64,000 nt of DNA from Bacteroidia bacterium (GTDB lineage Bacteria; Bacteroidota; Bacteroidia; UBA8524). Of this stretch, positions 20,399 to 29,788 are shown in pieces. The notes beneath the pieces are model-generated. The model had not been told where the DNA came from and made no database searches. It saw only the letters and a list, made by a program, of their open reading frames with translations. The stretch lies in assembly GCA_964215915.1 (NCBI GenBank), contig CAXPEB010000026.1, positions 10,342 through 74,341 of the forward strand, given 5' to 3'. The position numbers and the translations under genes are program-made. How positions within the stretch are numbered: the stretch's first letter is position 1; the number at the start of each line of letters is the position of its first letter.

Positions 20399-20857
20399 AT
20401 GTTATATCAACTGGAAAAACTGAACGAGTCAGAAAAAGAGCTTGTTCTCAATGCACCGGCTTATATCACCATTCTGATAGCCGGAGCGGATGACGACATC
20501 ACCGATGTGGAAATCCGGAGATCCATACAACTGGTTCATATCAAAACCTATTCGGAGTCGGTAGATATTCAGGATGTCTATGAAAAAATCGATCACGACT
20601 ACGAAAAACACCTGAATGAAATCATCGATTCGCTTCCCAAAACCCTGAGTGAACGCGAAAAAGTGCTGATCGAAAAACTGAGCGGTCTCAATGCTGTCTT
20701 TTCCAAGATTGACCATACTATCGGACTGAAGTTCTACAACAGTTTGCTTGAGTTCGCTTCTTATATCGCCCACGCTGCAGGCAATGTGCTGGGTATCGAT
20801 ATCATCAATCACCGGGAGAAAGAATTTGTCAAGCTCCCGATGGTACAACGTCCTTAA
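20399..20857 (+). CDS. Hypothetical cytoplasmic protein
   Basis: Charged and helical composition. No known domain. Confidence 0.4.
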   Translation: MLYQLEKLNESEKELVLNAPAYITILIAGADDDITDVEIRRSIQLVHIKTYSESVDIQDVYEKIDHDYEKHLNEIIDSLPKTLSEREKVLIEKLSGLNAVFSKIDHTIGLKFYNSLLEFASYIAHAAGNVLGIDIINHREKEFVKLPMVQRP

Positions 20858-20866
20858 ACCGTTATT

Positions 20867-22357
20867 ATGAAAAAACTGCTGGTAGCCAACCGGGGTGAGA
20901 TAGCCCTGAGGGTCATGCGCACGGCCAAAGAAATGGGAATCGCAACGGTTGCCGTTTATTCCGAAGCCGATCGTGAGGCCAAACATGTACGATTTGCAGA
21001 TGAGGCTGTATTGCTGGGACCTCCCCCCTCCAATCAGTCGTACCTGCTTGGCGACAAGATCATCGCTACCTGCAAAGAACTTGGCGCGGATGCCATACAT
21101 CCGGGATACGGCTTTTTATCCGAAAACGCCGACTTTGCCAGAAAAGTAAAAGAAGCCGGAATCACTTTCGTTGGCCCCAGCCCCGAAGCCATGGAAATCA
21201 TGGGTTCCAAACTGGGCGCCAAAGATGCGGTAAAAGCCTACGGAGTGCCTATGGTACCCGGTTTGGATAAGGCCATCACCGATGTGGAAGAAGCCAAAAA
21301 AGTAGCTCTGGAGATCGGCTATCCTATTCTCATCAAAGCCTCGGCAGGTGGCGGAGGTAAAGGAATGCGGGTGGTGGAAAACCCTTCCGATTTCGAGTCT
21401 CAGATGAAGCTGGCCGTGTCAGAAGCCACGGCTTCTTTTGGCGACGGTTCCGTTTTTATTGAAAAGTATGTTGGCTCACCCCGTCACGTGGAGATCCAGG
21501 TGCTGGGTGATAATTCCGGGAATATCGTCTACCTCTTTGAGCGGGAATGCTCCATCCAGAGACGCCACCAGAAACTGGTGGAAGAAGCACCTTCCGCCGT
21601 ACTGAATCCGGAATTACGCAAGCAGATGGGTGAAGCTGCAGTGAATGTTGCCAAGGCCTGTAACTACACCGGAGCCGGAACCGTTGAGTTTCTGCTTGAT
21701 GAAAACAAAAACTTCTATTTCCTGGAGATGAATACCCGCCTCCAGGTAGAACACCCTGTTACGGAACTTATCACCGGCCTGGACCTTGTACGCGAGCAGA
21801 TCCGCATTGCCCGTGGAGAGAGCCTGGGCTATACCCAGGACGAGCTGAGCATCACCGGCCATGCTATCGAACTGCGAATTTGTGCCGAAGACCCGGCCAA
21901 CAACTTCCTTCCGGAAGTAGGAACACTCAATACCTACAAAGCTCCGATGGGAACGGGAGTGCGCGTTGACGATGGCTTTGAGCAGGGTATGGAAATCCCG
22001 ATCTATTACGACAACATGATCGCGAAACTCATCGTACATGCCGAAAGCCGGGAGGCCGCCACAGAAAGGATGAAACGGGCCATCTCCGAATACGAGATCA
22101 GCGGAATCGCCACTACCCTGGAATTCGGGAAATGGGTGATGGAACACCCCGACTGGGCCAGCGCAGATTTCGACACCAAATTTATCGATACCCGTTTCAA
22201 GGCAGAATACCTGAGTCAGTATGAGGAAAACGAAGCACTGGCAGCAGCGCTGGCTGCAAACCTCTTTCATGCAGAGAACAAGGTAAGCATGCAGCCCGAA
22301 GAAGCCCGAGAAGGCTCGGAAAGCGAATGGCGCCGGAACCGTATCCGCCTGCGTTAA
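20867..22357 (+). CDS. accC: Biotin carboxylase (acetyl-CoA carboxylase subunit AccC-type)
   Basis: MKKLLVANRGEIALRVMRTAKEMGI...HPGYGFLSEN...EMNTRLQVEHPVTE is the canonical biotin carboxylase sequence. 496 aa with a C-terminal extension of about 45 aa. No adjacent BCCP gene. Confidence 0.9.
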   Translation: MKKLLVANRGEIALRVMRTAKEMGIATVAVYSEADREAKHVRFADEAVLLGPPPSNQSYLLGDKIIATCKELGADAIHPGYGFLSENADFARKVKEAGITFVGPSPEAMEIMGSKLGAKDAVKAYGVPMVPGLDKAITDVEEAKKVALEIGYPILIKASAGGGGKGMRVVENPSDFESQMKLAVSEATASFGDGSVFIEKYVGSPRHVEIQVLGDNSGNIVYLFERECSIQRRHQKLVEEAPSAVLNPELRKQMGEAAVNVAKACNYTGAGTVEFLLDENKNFYFLEMNTRLQVEHPVTELITGLDLVREQIRIARGESLGYTQDELSITGHAIELRICAEDPANNFLPEVGTLNTYKAPMGTGVRVDDGFEQGMEIPIYYDNMIAKLIVHAESREAATERMKRAISEYEISGIATTLEFGKWVMEHPDWASADFDTKFIDTRFKAEYLSQYEENEALAAALAANLFHAENKVSMQPEEAREGSESEWRRNRIRLR

Positions 22358-23361
22358 GGATTTCGCGTAAACGCCGTATCGTTTAACTGCATCAGAAATA
22401 CATACAGGGCCTCTCGCTCTGCCTCTCCTGTCATCGCGTAACTTCCTTGTTTCAACAGGCTGTCAGCACCGGTATTGGCCGTATGATCGCGGAAATAATG
22501 CTTGAATACGGCATCCATATCTGCAAACCGCCCATCGTGCATATAAGGAGCCGTAAACCCGAGGTTTCGTAATGAAGGCGTTTTGTAGCGGCCTATATCG
22601 ACTGAGTCATTGGTGATCCGGTAACGGCCGAAGTAGGTCAGCTCATGTGTGGTATTGGTAAAGGCCGTATCGATAGCGTTATTGTGGTAACCGAAATCCG
22701 TAAACCAGGGTTCAGGATGACAACCCGAACAGTGCGAACGGTACACGTCATAGCCTCGCAGAGCCTGTTCCGGAAGTTCGTATTCCCCGGCTTTCCATTT
22801 ATCATACGGAGAAGAAAAACTCAGCAAGGTCCGCTCGTACTGGGCCATTGTTCTGGCAAGACGCTGGGAGTTGATGGTATCGGTGCCCCAGACCTCTGCA
22901 AAGAGGGTTGGATATTCCGGGTGCCGGTTCAGCTTTTCCATCAGTTGCTTCAGGTCAACCCCCATTTCATCGGGGTGGATCAGCGGACCAAACACCTGAG
23001 ACTCGAGGTTTTTTGAGCCTCCATCCCAGAAGAAACCGTCGTACCAGGCAAGGTTAAACAAAGCCGGAGCATGACGCAGCAGAGGTTCTCCGCTAACGCC
23101 CCTGCGAGTCAGCGCCTGACCATCGGTAAAGGCCAGGGATGGAAGGTGGCAGGTAGCACAGGAAACCTTTCCGTCTGCAGACAGAATCGGGTCAAAGAAG
23201 AGTTTCTTCCCAAGTGCAACCCCCTTTTCCGTAGCCGGATTGTAATCGGGCTGGGGCACGGAATCATAGGGACCCGCAGGAAAAACAAACAGGGGATTGT
23301 CCGGCCTATGCGAACAAGCCCCTGCAAGTATCAGCAACAGAAAAACACCTGTAAGCCTCAC
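22354..23361 (-). CDS. Di-haem cytochrome c peroxidase (MauG/MbnH-like)
   Basis: Two CxxCH haem motifs (CATCH, CSGCH). Lipoprotein-type signal. CCP family size. Confidence 0.85.
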   Translation of the reverse strand: MRLTGVFLLLILAGACSHRPDNPLFVFPAGPYDSVPQPDYNPATEKGVALGKKLFFDPILSADGKVSCATCHLPSLAFTDGQALTRRGVSGEPLLRHAPALFNLAWYDGFFWDGGSKNLESQVFGPLIHPDEMGVDLKQLMEKLNRHPEYPTLFAEVWGTDTINSQRLARTMAQYERTLLSFSSPYDKWKAGEYELPEQALRGYDVYRSHCSGCHPEPWFTDFGYHNNAIDTAFTNTTHELTYFGRYRITNDSVDIGRYKTPSLRNLGFTAPYMHDGRFADMDAVFKHYFRDHTANTGADSLLKQGSYAMTGEAEREALYVFLMQLNDTAFTRNP

Positions 23362-23373
23362 GGCAGCAAGGTA

Positions 23374-24159
23374 TTATTGTTTCTTGAAATGATGAAGCTC
23401 AAAGGCTTCCGCATAATTGTCGGCAGCCTTGGCGGTTTGATCGGCAGGACCTACCATCAGTACCGGGTTTGCTTTCAGATCCATGTCGTTAGGCTTGCTA
23501 AAAATGTTCAATGCCATATAAACAACATGCGCCATAAACTTGGATCCGTCCGTAAACTCCTGGGTCATTGGGAAATCCAGGGTAACGGTTTTGTAGTTGG
23601 CATCGGTTCCCAGATGGTACTTCCAGTCGGTGTACGCCATTGAATCAGAGTTGTAGAAGGTTCCTTCGTTTTTCATGAAGATGTACCCGGTGTTCCAGGT
23701 CCAGCTCATTCCCGCAGTCACATCCAATTCTCCGGCAACAGAATCGATGCTGGAGTTCCGGGCCTGATCCACCCCGATACCAAAGCGGAGCGACTTGTAC
23801 TTCCCTGCAGGCACTGTTACGGAAAACTCTTCCCGGTTCTTACTTTGGGTTTTTTCCATCAGGCGGTAGCTTTTTTCCTCTTTCCAGGAAGATCCGTCTT
23901 CTTTCACAAACTCGATATTGCTGATCCAGTAACGGATATAATCAAAGGTTACTGAATCGCCGGTAGGCGTAACATAGACCTTTCCGAGGTCAAGGCCTTC
24001 TTCGTTCTCGTCCACACTTTGCACTTCGAACATTACGGTAGCGTTTCCGGAAGGGGTTCCTCCGTTGTTATCACCACCGCCGGTTTCATCGTCTTTTTTG
24101 CATGACTGAAGGGCCAGGATGCCGCTTACGAAAAGCAGCAGTAAACTTATTTTTTTCAT
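23374..24159 (-). CDS. MbnP-like lipoprotein (partner of the di-haem peroxidase)
   Basis: Lipobox (ALQSC). About 260 aa. Conserved pairing directly upstream of an MbnH-like peroxidase. W/Y-rich beta composition like MbnP. Confidence 0.45.
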   Translation of the reverse strand: MKKISLLLLFVSGILALQSCKKDDETGGGDNNGGTPSGNATVMFEVQSVDENEEGLDLGKVYVTPTGDSVTFDYIRYWISNIEFVKEDGSSWKEEKSYRLMEKTQSKNREEFSVTVPAGKYKSLRFGIGVDQARNSSIDSVAGELDVTAGMSWTWNTGYIFMKNEGTFYNSDSMAYTDWKYHLGTDANYKTVTLDFPMTQEFTDGSKFMAHVVYMALNIFSKPNDMDLKANPVLMVGPADQTAKAADNYAEAFELHHFKKQ

Positions 24160-24203
24160 ACGGTTAATTATTTCTAAGAGTTGTTAAAAAATGTTTTTGT
24201 TGC

Positions 24204-24599
24204 TCAATCGGAATAGATCATTCTTTCTGCCCGCACGATCTCCCCTTTGTGGTTGCTGGCCACCACATGAAGGATGCACCAGGTTTCCGGGGGTACGGTA
24301 TTGATCCACTCGTAATTGAGATTGATCTCGGGGAAGTGCGTATGCCCTTCCTCGTAGAAGTATTGGTTGCCACTGGAATCGGTTATGCTCACACTGTATT
24401 CGTGAAGGCTCAGCGCATCGCTGATAAACACATGAATGAGGGTGTCCGCTCCGTTCTCGATAACGGCCGAAGCCTGTGGCGAAAGTATTTCTATAAACAG
24501 ATCCTGCTGAGGCGGATTCGTGCCGCTTCCCGGATCCGGTTGCTCCTTTTTACATCCGAAGAGGATGAGTGCACTTAGCACCACTATCCATATTCTCAT
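24204..24599 (-). CDS. Small lipoprotein (hypothetical)
   Basis: Lipobox LFGC. 131 aa. Confidence 0.5.
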   Translation of the reverse strand: MRIWIVVLSALILFGCKKEQPDPGSGTNPPQQDLFIEILSPQASAVIENGADTLIHVFISDALSLHEYSVSITDSSGNQYFYEEGHTHFPEINLNYEWINTVPPETWCILHVVASNHKGEIVRAERMIYSD

Positions 24600-24606
24600 G
24601 TTTCAG

Positions 24607-25518
24607 TTAAAAGAAAAACACGGTTTGAATTTGAAATCGTCGGGATACGCTCACCCGTCCATCAGCCAGTTGTCCGTTAACGGGCACAAAGCAAGTCAGG
24701 CCGGCAGACCAGGAAGCATAGCGCCACAATACTGCGCTCTGAAGCTGACCGAAAGCATAGCGACTGAAGGGTAGCTCCTGTCCGTTTTGCCTGTCGGGCA
24801 TGCCCCATTCCATCAACCAGCCTGCATTCAGCAGCAGGCGATGGCCTTCCATATTTCCCAGCACATAGCCCGCATCGGTCAGAAGCTGCATGCGGTCGCC
24901 CCATTGCAGCCCGTCGCGCGTGGCGCCATTGAGCCGGTAGAGGTAGTTGCCACGGAAAATCCAGCGGTTTACCCGTTTTTGCAGCCCTACTCTAAAAAAA
25001 TGATCGTAGCTGCCGGTACCAGGCAGCATGTACCTTGACACCTGTTCGCTGATCAGTTCCTGCCGGTACTCGCCGGTAGGGACCTTCAGCAGGTATTCGG
25101 CTTGTAACAGCCACCCTGATCCCGGAAATACCGAATCGGGAGAATACTGCCAGGACACGCCAAGCTGCGCATCGCCCAGACCGTTGATCCGGGTGCGCTT
25201 GCCTTCATCCTGCTTGTCCACAAACTGCACGGGAACATTCCCCAGCAGCTGGAACCTGTTGCTGATCCGAATTCGCGATTGCAACATAAGCAACTGAAAG
25301 CGTTCGGTGCTGACCCGTTCCACTCCTTCGCTTCCTTTGAGTATGGATGGAAGGTGACGCGAGTCAAAACGTACATGTTGCCAGGCTAATCCTACCTGAC
25401 TTTCCCGGATAAAGCCGCCGGGAAACGACATGGCTGCTGCTCCGGTGCATCCGCAAACGTCGCAGGCCATTGCCCGACCGCTGCTTAACAGGGCCAGGAC
25501 GATCCATAATTTTTTCAT
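24607..25518 (-). CDS. Outer-membrane beta-barrel protein with N-terminal CxxCxC motif
   Basis: Signal peptide then ACDVCGC. Amphipathic strands. C-terminus ...QTVFFF. Confidence 0.5.
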   Translation of the reverse strand: MKKLWIVLALLSSGRAMACDVCGCTGAAAMSFPGGFIRESQVGLAWQHVRFDSRHLPSILKGSEGVERVSTERFQLLMLQSRIRISNRFQLLGNVPVQFVDKQDEGKRTRINGLGDAQLGVSWQYSPDSVFPGSGWLLQAEYLLKVPTGEYRQELISEQVSRYMLPGTGSYDHFFRVGLQKRVNRWIFRGNYLYRLNGATRDGLQWGDRMQLLTDAGYVLGNMEGHRLLLNAGWLMEWGMPDRQNGQELPFSRYAFGQLQSAVLWRYASWSAGLTCFVPVNGQLADGRVSVSRRFQIQTVFFF

Positions 25519-25556
25519 GAAAAGGGTTTAAGTGAGCGTGATTGATTCACAGGTAC

Positions 25557-25931
25557 TTAAACCGTATAGGGAGGGGGACGGTGCCCGGGAACCGGGGTAC
25601 GTCCCGGATGCGAACAGGCATACTCCTGAAACAGGTCTGTCCGCACAAAACCGGCATCCAGCAAAATTTCCGCTGTGGGAATCTGCAGGGTAAATACCGG
25701 AAGCTGAACTTCGGTGATCAACTGATGATCCTGGTCTTCATCTGCCTGTTTGTTCAGTGTTTCCTTCAGGTGACACTGCCCCTGGCAGGTATTGACGACC
25801 TCATCTTTCTGCACACAAAGTTCTTTGACGATATAGGCCTTATTGATTGCGAAGTATAAGGTAGCCTTCAATCCGCCCATCGATAACAGGAGGATTTGAA
25901 CCATTAGGGTAAAGGCAAGTATTCTTCGCAC
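25557..25931 (-). CDS. Small secreted hypothetical protein
   Basis: Signal peptide. First gene of the minus-strand five-gene cluster. Confidence 0.4.
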   Translation of the reverse strand: MRRILAFTLMVQILLLSMGGLKATLYFAINKAYIVKELCVQKDEVVNTCQGQCHLKETLNKQADEDQDHQLITEVQLPVFTLQIPTAEILLDAGFVRTDLFQEYACSHPGRTPVPGHRPPPYTV

Positions 25932-25973
25932 GATACAAATTTAGTAAATCCGGCAATACTTTAACTTCGCGCC

Positions 25974-27686
25974 ATGCATTTTACGCTTCGTCAAAGCCGT
26001 CAGGGCAGCCGTTTTCTTTCCGTTCTTGCCGAATTTCCCACCTATGGCAGGGATGTCATGCAAGTACAGCTTTCCTCGTGGAGGCCCGGTCGCTATGAGA
26101 TCGCCAATTTTGCCAAATACATCCGCCGCTTTGAGGTCTATTCGCAAGACGGCGAGGCACTCGATTTTTTTAAAGTCACCAAAGACCGCTGGGAAATTGC
26201 CTGTTCCGGCAAAGACACCGTTCGTATTGCCTACGAGTATTTTGCCGCCACCCTGGATGCAGGCTCTACCTTTTGTGGAAAGGACCTGCTTTATGTTAAC
26301 CCTGTGAATTGCCTGATTTACGACACAGAAAATATGGATCAGGAATGTGAAGTTGAATTGCAGGTGCCGGATCATTTTGAAATTGCCTGCAGCATGCGGC
26401 AAAGAGGTAAAAAACTCCTGGCTTCCGGTTACGAAGAACTGGCCGACTCGCCCTTAATCGCCTCCCCTGACCTGGAGCACCACGAGTTCGAGGTAAAGGG
26501 TTACCGGCATCATATCTGGATACAAGGGCATCATTCCCTCGACACCGACCGCTTTCTTAGTGAAGCCCGGGCCTATACCGAAGAGCAACTCCGGGTATTC
26601 GGTGATATGGAAACCGACGATTACCATTACCTGTTCCTGTTCCTTCCCACCCGTGTTCACCATGGCGTGGAGCATCATGCTTCCACCGTCATTGTAATGG
26701 GGCCGGGGGAAGAATTTGGTATGGAAGGGCGGCACCATGAGTTTCTGGCGATCAGCTCGCACGAACTGTTTCACTATTGGAATGTGAAACGCATCCGCCC
26801 CGCCGGGATGTTCCCTTACGATTATACCCGTGAAAATTACAGCCGATTGGGTTATGTGTATGAAGGAATCACCACTTATTACGGCGATTATATGTTGCTG
26901 CGTTCCGGTGTATTGAGTTTTGATGAATACCTGTTGCAATTCGGTGCCGATCTCCAGAAACACTTCGATAATGAGGGTCGCTATGCTTATTCGGTAGCCG
27001 AGTCTTCCTTTGATACCTGGCTGGATGGCTATGTGCCCGGAGTACCCGGGCGCAAGGTGAGCATCTATACCGAAGGCATGTTAGCCGCTTTTATGCTTGA
27101 CCTGGAAATCCGCTACGCTACCGGCCAGCAGAAGTGTCTGGACGATGTCATGCGACGGCTTTATGAAGACTACAAACAGGGAAAAGCGTACACAGAGGCC
27201 AGCTTTCAGCAAACCATTGAGGAAGTGGCAGGCAAATCTTTCGATTTCTTCTTCCGGGACTTTTATCATGGAAAAGGACAGATTGAAAAGTTCCTTCCCG
27301 AATCCCTTTGGAGTATAGGCTGTGAACTGGTAAACGAAGCTTCCCCCAATATCCATGAAAGGCGGTACGGATTTCGTCTGAGCAGCGGTCAGAAGGTGAT
27401 CGTCACCGGGATTTGCGAAGGCAGCCCTGCCGACCTGGCCGGACTGAGCCTCAACGACGAGATCCTTTTGATCAACAACACACCGGTGAGCCAGGGCATC
27501 GACTGGAACCAGCTTTTCAAACATGGAAGTAATTTGCTGGTATGGAATTCCATAGAAGGGAGCCGCACAATCAACCTGGTTCCCAATGGAACGGAATACT
27601 ATCCGCTGGTAAAGGTGAAAAAGATGGACACGGTCAATGCGGATCAGATGGCCTTTTTTGAGGCATGGAGCAGACAGAAGTTTTAG
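25974..27686 (+). CDS. M61 glycyl-aminopeptidase family protein with C-terminal PDZ domain
   Basis: HELFHYWN (HExxH) plus downstream E. PDZ-like GICEGSPADLAGLSLNDEILLIN at the C-terminus. Confidence 0.75.
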   Translation: MHFTLRQSRQGSRFLSVLAEFPTYGRDVMQVQLSSWRPGRYEIANFAKYIRRFEVYSQDGEALDFFKVTKDRWEIACSGKDTVRIAYEYFAATLDAGSTFCGKDLLYVNPVNCLIYDTENMDQECEVELQVPDHFEIACSMRQRGKKLLASGYEELADSPLIASPDLEHHEFEVKGYRHHIWIQGHHSLDTDRFLSEARAYTEEQLRVFGDMETDDYHYLFLFLPTRVHHGVEHHASTVIVMGPGEEFGMEGRHHEFLAISSHELFHYWNVKRIRPAGMFPYDYTRENYSRLGYVYEGITTYYGDYMLLRSGVLSFDEYLLQFGADLQKHFDNEGRYAYSVAESSFDTWLDGYVPGVPGRKVSIYTEGMLAAFMLDLEIRYATGQQKCLDDVMRRLYEDYKQGKAYTEASFQQTIEEVAGKSFDFFFRDFYHGKGQIEKFLPESLWSIGCELVNEASPNIHERRYGFRLSSGQKVIVTGICEGSPADLAGLSLNDEILLINNTPVSQGIDWNQLFKHGSNLLVWNSIEGSRTINLVPNGTEYYPLVKVKKMDTVNADQMAFFEAWSRQKF

Positions 27687-27696
27687 AGCGTTCTGT

Positions 27697-28464
27697 TTAC
27701 TGGGCCCGTCTCACGCATAGGCACTGATTATCGGAATCTTTGAACAGGGCAAGTTCAACATTGTTGCCTTTTTCAAAAGCAAGAGCAAAGCCTGCCCCAC
27801 TCTCTGTGCTCGACCAAAACCTGCCAGAAAGAGAAAGCTGGCCGGATGCTGCGGTATTGACAATCCCTTTTAGTTCGTTGTAAGCGGGAAGGTACCAATC
27901 GGCATAGCCTCCTTCATTCAGTTGGTTGCAGTATTTTGCAGCTACAGCCCAGGGCTCCGAACTAAGAATGAATGTATTGGCGATCCCGTCGGTATACGAA
28001 TCTGCACCGGTAATTTTAAGTTGGTCGCTCCAGGGAAGAGCCGGGTGGTTTCCTGCAATCTGGTACTTCTTTCCATCTACTTCAAGACTCAGTAGCTCAT
28101 TCACACCCACCTGCAATTGCGGACTGTAGAAGATCTCCGACCTCCTGAGGGCCACTGCTCTGACATAAAGCTGGCTTCCCAACTCAACATGATCGATATG
28201 GAACTGACCCACAGAATCGGCACTTACCAGGGTATTGGCTACAGTAGGCAATGGCGAATCACTGAAGACCAGTCCGGTGAATGTACAAGCCGGTTCTCCG
28301 GCATCACTTACATCCATACCGAAACGGAAGGAACCGTTACTGCCACTGATGAGGTACACGGAAAACTGAGGTGGTTTGTCCTCCTTCCTACATGCAATCA
28401 GGATGAACAAAAAACTCAGGAGGAAGAAGGCCGATCGTTTCATCAGTTCTTTTTCCTTATGCAC
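27697..28464 (-). CDS. Lipoprotein with C-terminal DUF1566 (Lcl C-terminal) domain
   Basis: Lipobox LIAC. C-terminus YADWYLPAYNELKGI...RFWSSTE matches the DUF1566 pattern (DWRLP..EL...YWSST). Confidence 0.65.
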   Translation of the reverse strand: MHKEKELMKRSAFFLLSFLFILIACRKEDKPPQFSVYLISGSNGSFRFGMDVSDAGEPACTFTGLVFSDSPLPTVANTLVSADSVGQFHIDHVELGSQLYVRAVALRRSEIFYSPQLQVGVNELLSLEVDGKKYQIAGNHPALPWSDQLKITGADSYTDGIANTFILSSEPWAVAAKYCNQLNEGGYADWYLPAYNELKGIVNTAASGQLSLSGRFWSSTESGAGFALAFEKGNNVELALFKDSDNQCLCVRRAQ

Positions 28465-29225
28465 AGGCAGGATGTGGTAATCTGCTTGGTAATTTGTTGT
28501 TCCGTGCCGTCAGCCGTGGATATCCGGATTGCATTGGAGGCATTGATCTCCGTACTGCTCCACAGGAAAGTGAAGCCAAAGGCTGTATTTTCAAATGCTC
28601 CTTGCTGAACAAAGGCCCGTAACTCGCCGATAGAAGGCAGGTACCAATCGCCAAACCCGTCGCGGAAGAGGTTATTGCAATAATGCGCGGCATTGGTCTC
28701 ATTGGGCAGTTTACTGACTATTTTCTGGGTATTGGATTTGCCGTCGGTATCGCTGTTCGCCCCGGTGAATGTGAGCGAAAAACTCCAGCGTTGTGAAGAC
28801 AGGTTACCGGATATTGGGGTTTGCAGAACCTGCCCGTTAAAATTAAGTTCGATAAACTGTGAGGTTGTAGCCGTGATTTCTTCCCCGTAGTGGTAATCGT
28901 TATCGAGCCAAACCACCGGTCGGATGTAGTAGGTCCTGCCGGTTTCCAGGCCATCGATACTGTATACCCCATTGGAGGTGAATCGCACCAGGATGTCATC
29001 CTTGTTCGGGTTGGGTGACTGGCTTGCAACCACACCGTAGCTGGCCCCGGTAACGGTGCCCGTTTCTTTGACACCTAAAGAGACCTTGATAAAATCAGGG
29101 CCTGTCAATCTTACCTCAAGAAACAGTTCGGGATACTTTTCCTCCTTGGAACAGGAAAACAGTGTAGCCACAGCCAGGAGGATAAGGGTATAACGGAATC
29201 GCATTGGGTTCAGGCTCATGCTCAT
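28443..29225 (-). CDS. Paralogous lipoprotein with C-terminal DUF1566 domain
   Basis: Lipobox LFSC. C-terminus FGDWYLPSIGELRAF...FLWSSTE. Tandem paralogue of the downstream gene. Confidence 0.65.
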   Translation of the reverse strand: MSMSLNPMRFRYTLILLAVATLFSCSKEEKYPELFLEVRLTGPDFIKVSLGVKETGTVTGASYGVVASQSPNPNKDDILVRFTSNGVYSIDGLETGRTYYIRPVVWLDNDYHYGEEITATTSQFIELNFNGQVLQTPISGNLSSQRWSFSLTFTGANSDTDGKSNTQKIVSKLPNETNAAHYCNNLFRDGFGDWYLPSIGELRAFVQQGAFENTAFGFTFLWSSTEINASNAIRISTADGTEQQITKQITTSCLCIRKKN

Positions 29226-29290
29226 AAGACGAACAATTTATGGAAAATGTTGTACCGGATGCCTGAGTAAACGACAAACGTGCAGTATTC

Positions 29291-29788
29291 TTAGCTGCTT
29301 CTGAGGATCTTTTTGATAATCCTGCTGGTGGAGTATCCTTCCAGTAGCTCAATGGTGGTTACCTCTCCTCCCCAGCCTGTCACTTCATGGTATCCGGCTA
29401 TTTCCTCGGGTTTATAGTCAGCACCCTTCACCAATACATCCGGTCTTACCTTCTTGATCAGGTTTAGCGGAGTAGGATCATTAAACAGTACCACGGCATT
29501 TACAAATTCCAGGGCAGCCAGCAGAAACATGCGTGAGTCTTCATCCTGAACCGGCCTGTCGGGCCCCTTGATAGCCTGTACCGAAGCATCGGAATTCACG
29601 GCCACCAGCAACTTGGTACCGAGTTTTGAGGCTTTATGGAGATAATCGACGTGGCCTTTGTGTACCAGGTCGAAACAGCCGTTGGTAAACACGATCTTAT
29701 CGTGCTGATCACTCCACTTTTCCAGCAGGCTGTTGAGCTTTTCGGGTGTGGTGATGAGTTTACGCGTGAAGTCTTCCGTAGTTTTCAT
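29291..29788 (-). CDS. D-glycero-beta-D-manno-heptose-1-phosphate adenylyltransferase (RfaE domain II-like cytidylyltransferase)
   Basis: FTNGCFDLVHKGHVDYL nucleotidyltransferase (H/T)xGH motif. 165 aa. Confidence 0.8.
   Translation of the reverse strand: MKTTEDFTRKLITTPEKLNSLLEKWSDQHDKIVFTNGCFDLVHKGHVDYLHKASKLGTKLLVAVNSDASVQAIKGPDRPVQDEDSRMFLLAALEFVNAVVLFNDPTPLNLIKKVRPDVLVKGADYKPEEIAGYHEVTGWGGEVTTIELLEGYSTSRIIKKILRSS

Noticed and set aside
20429-21100. 223-aa minus-strand ORF
   Set aside because: Overlaps the 5' part of the biotin carboxylase gene on the opposite strand. The plus-strand 152-aa ORF and accC explain the region.
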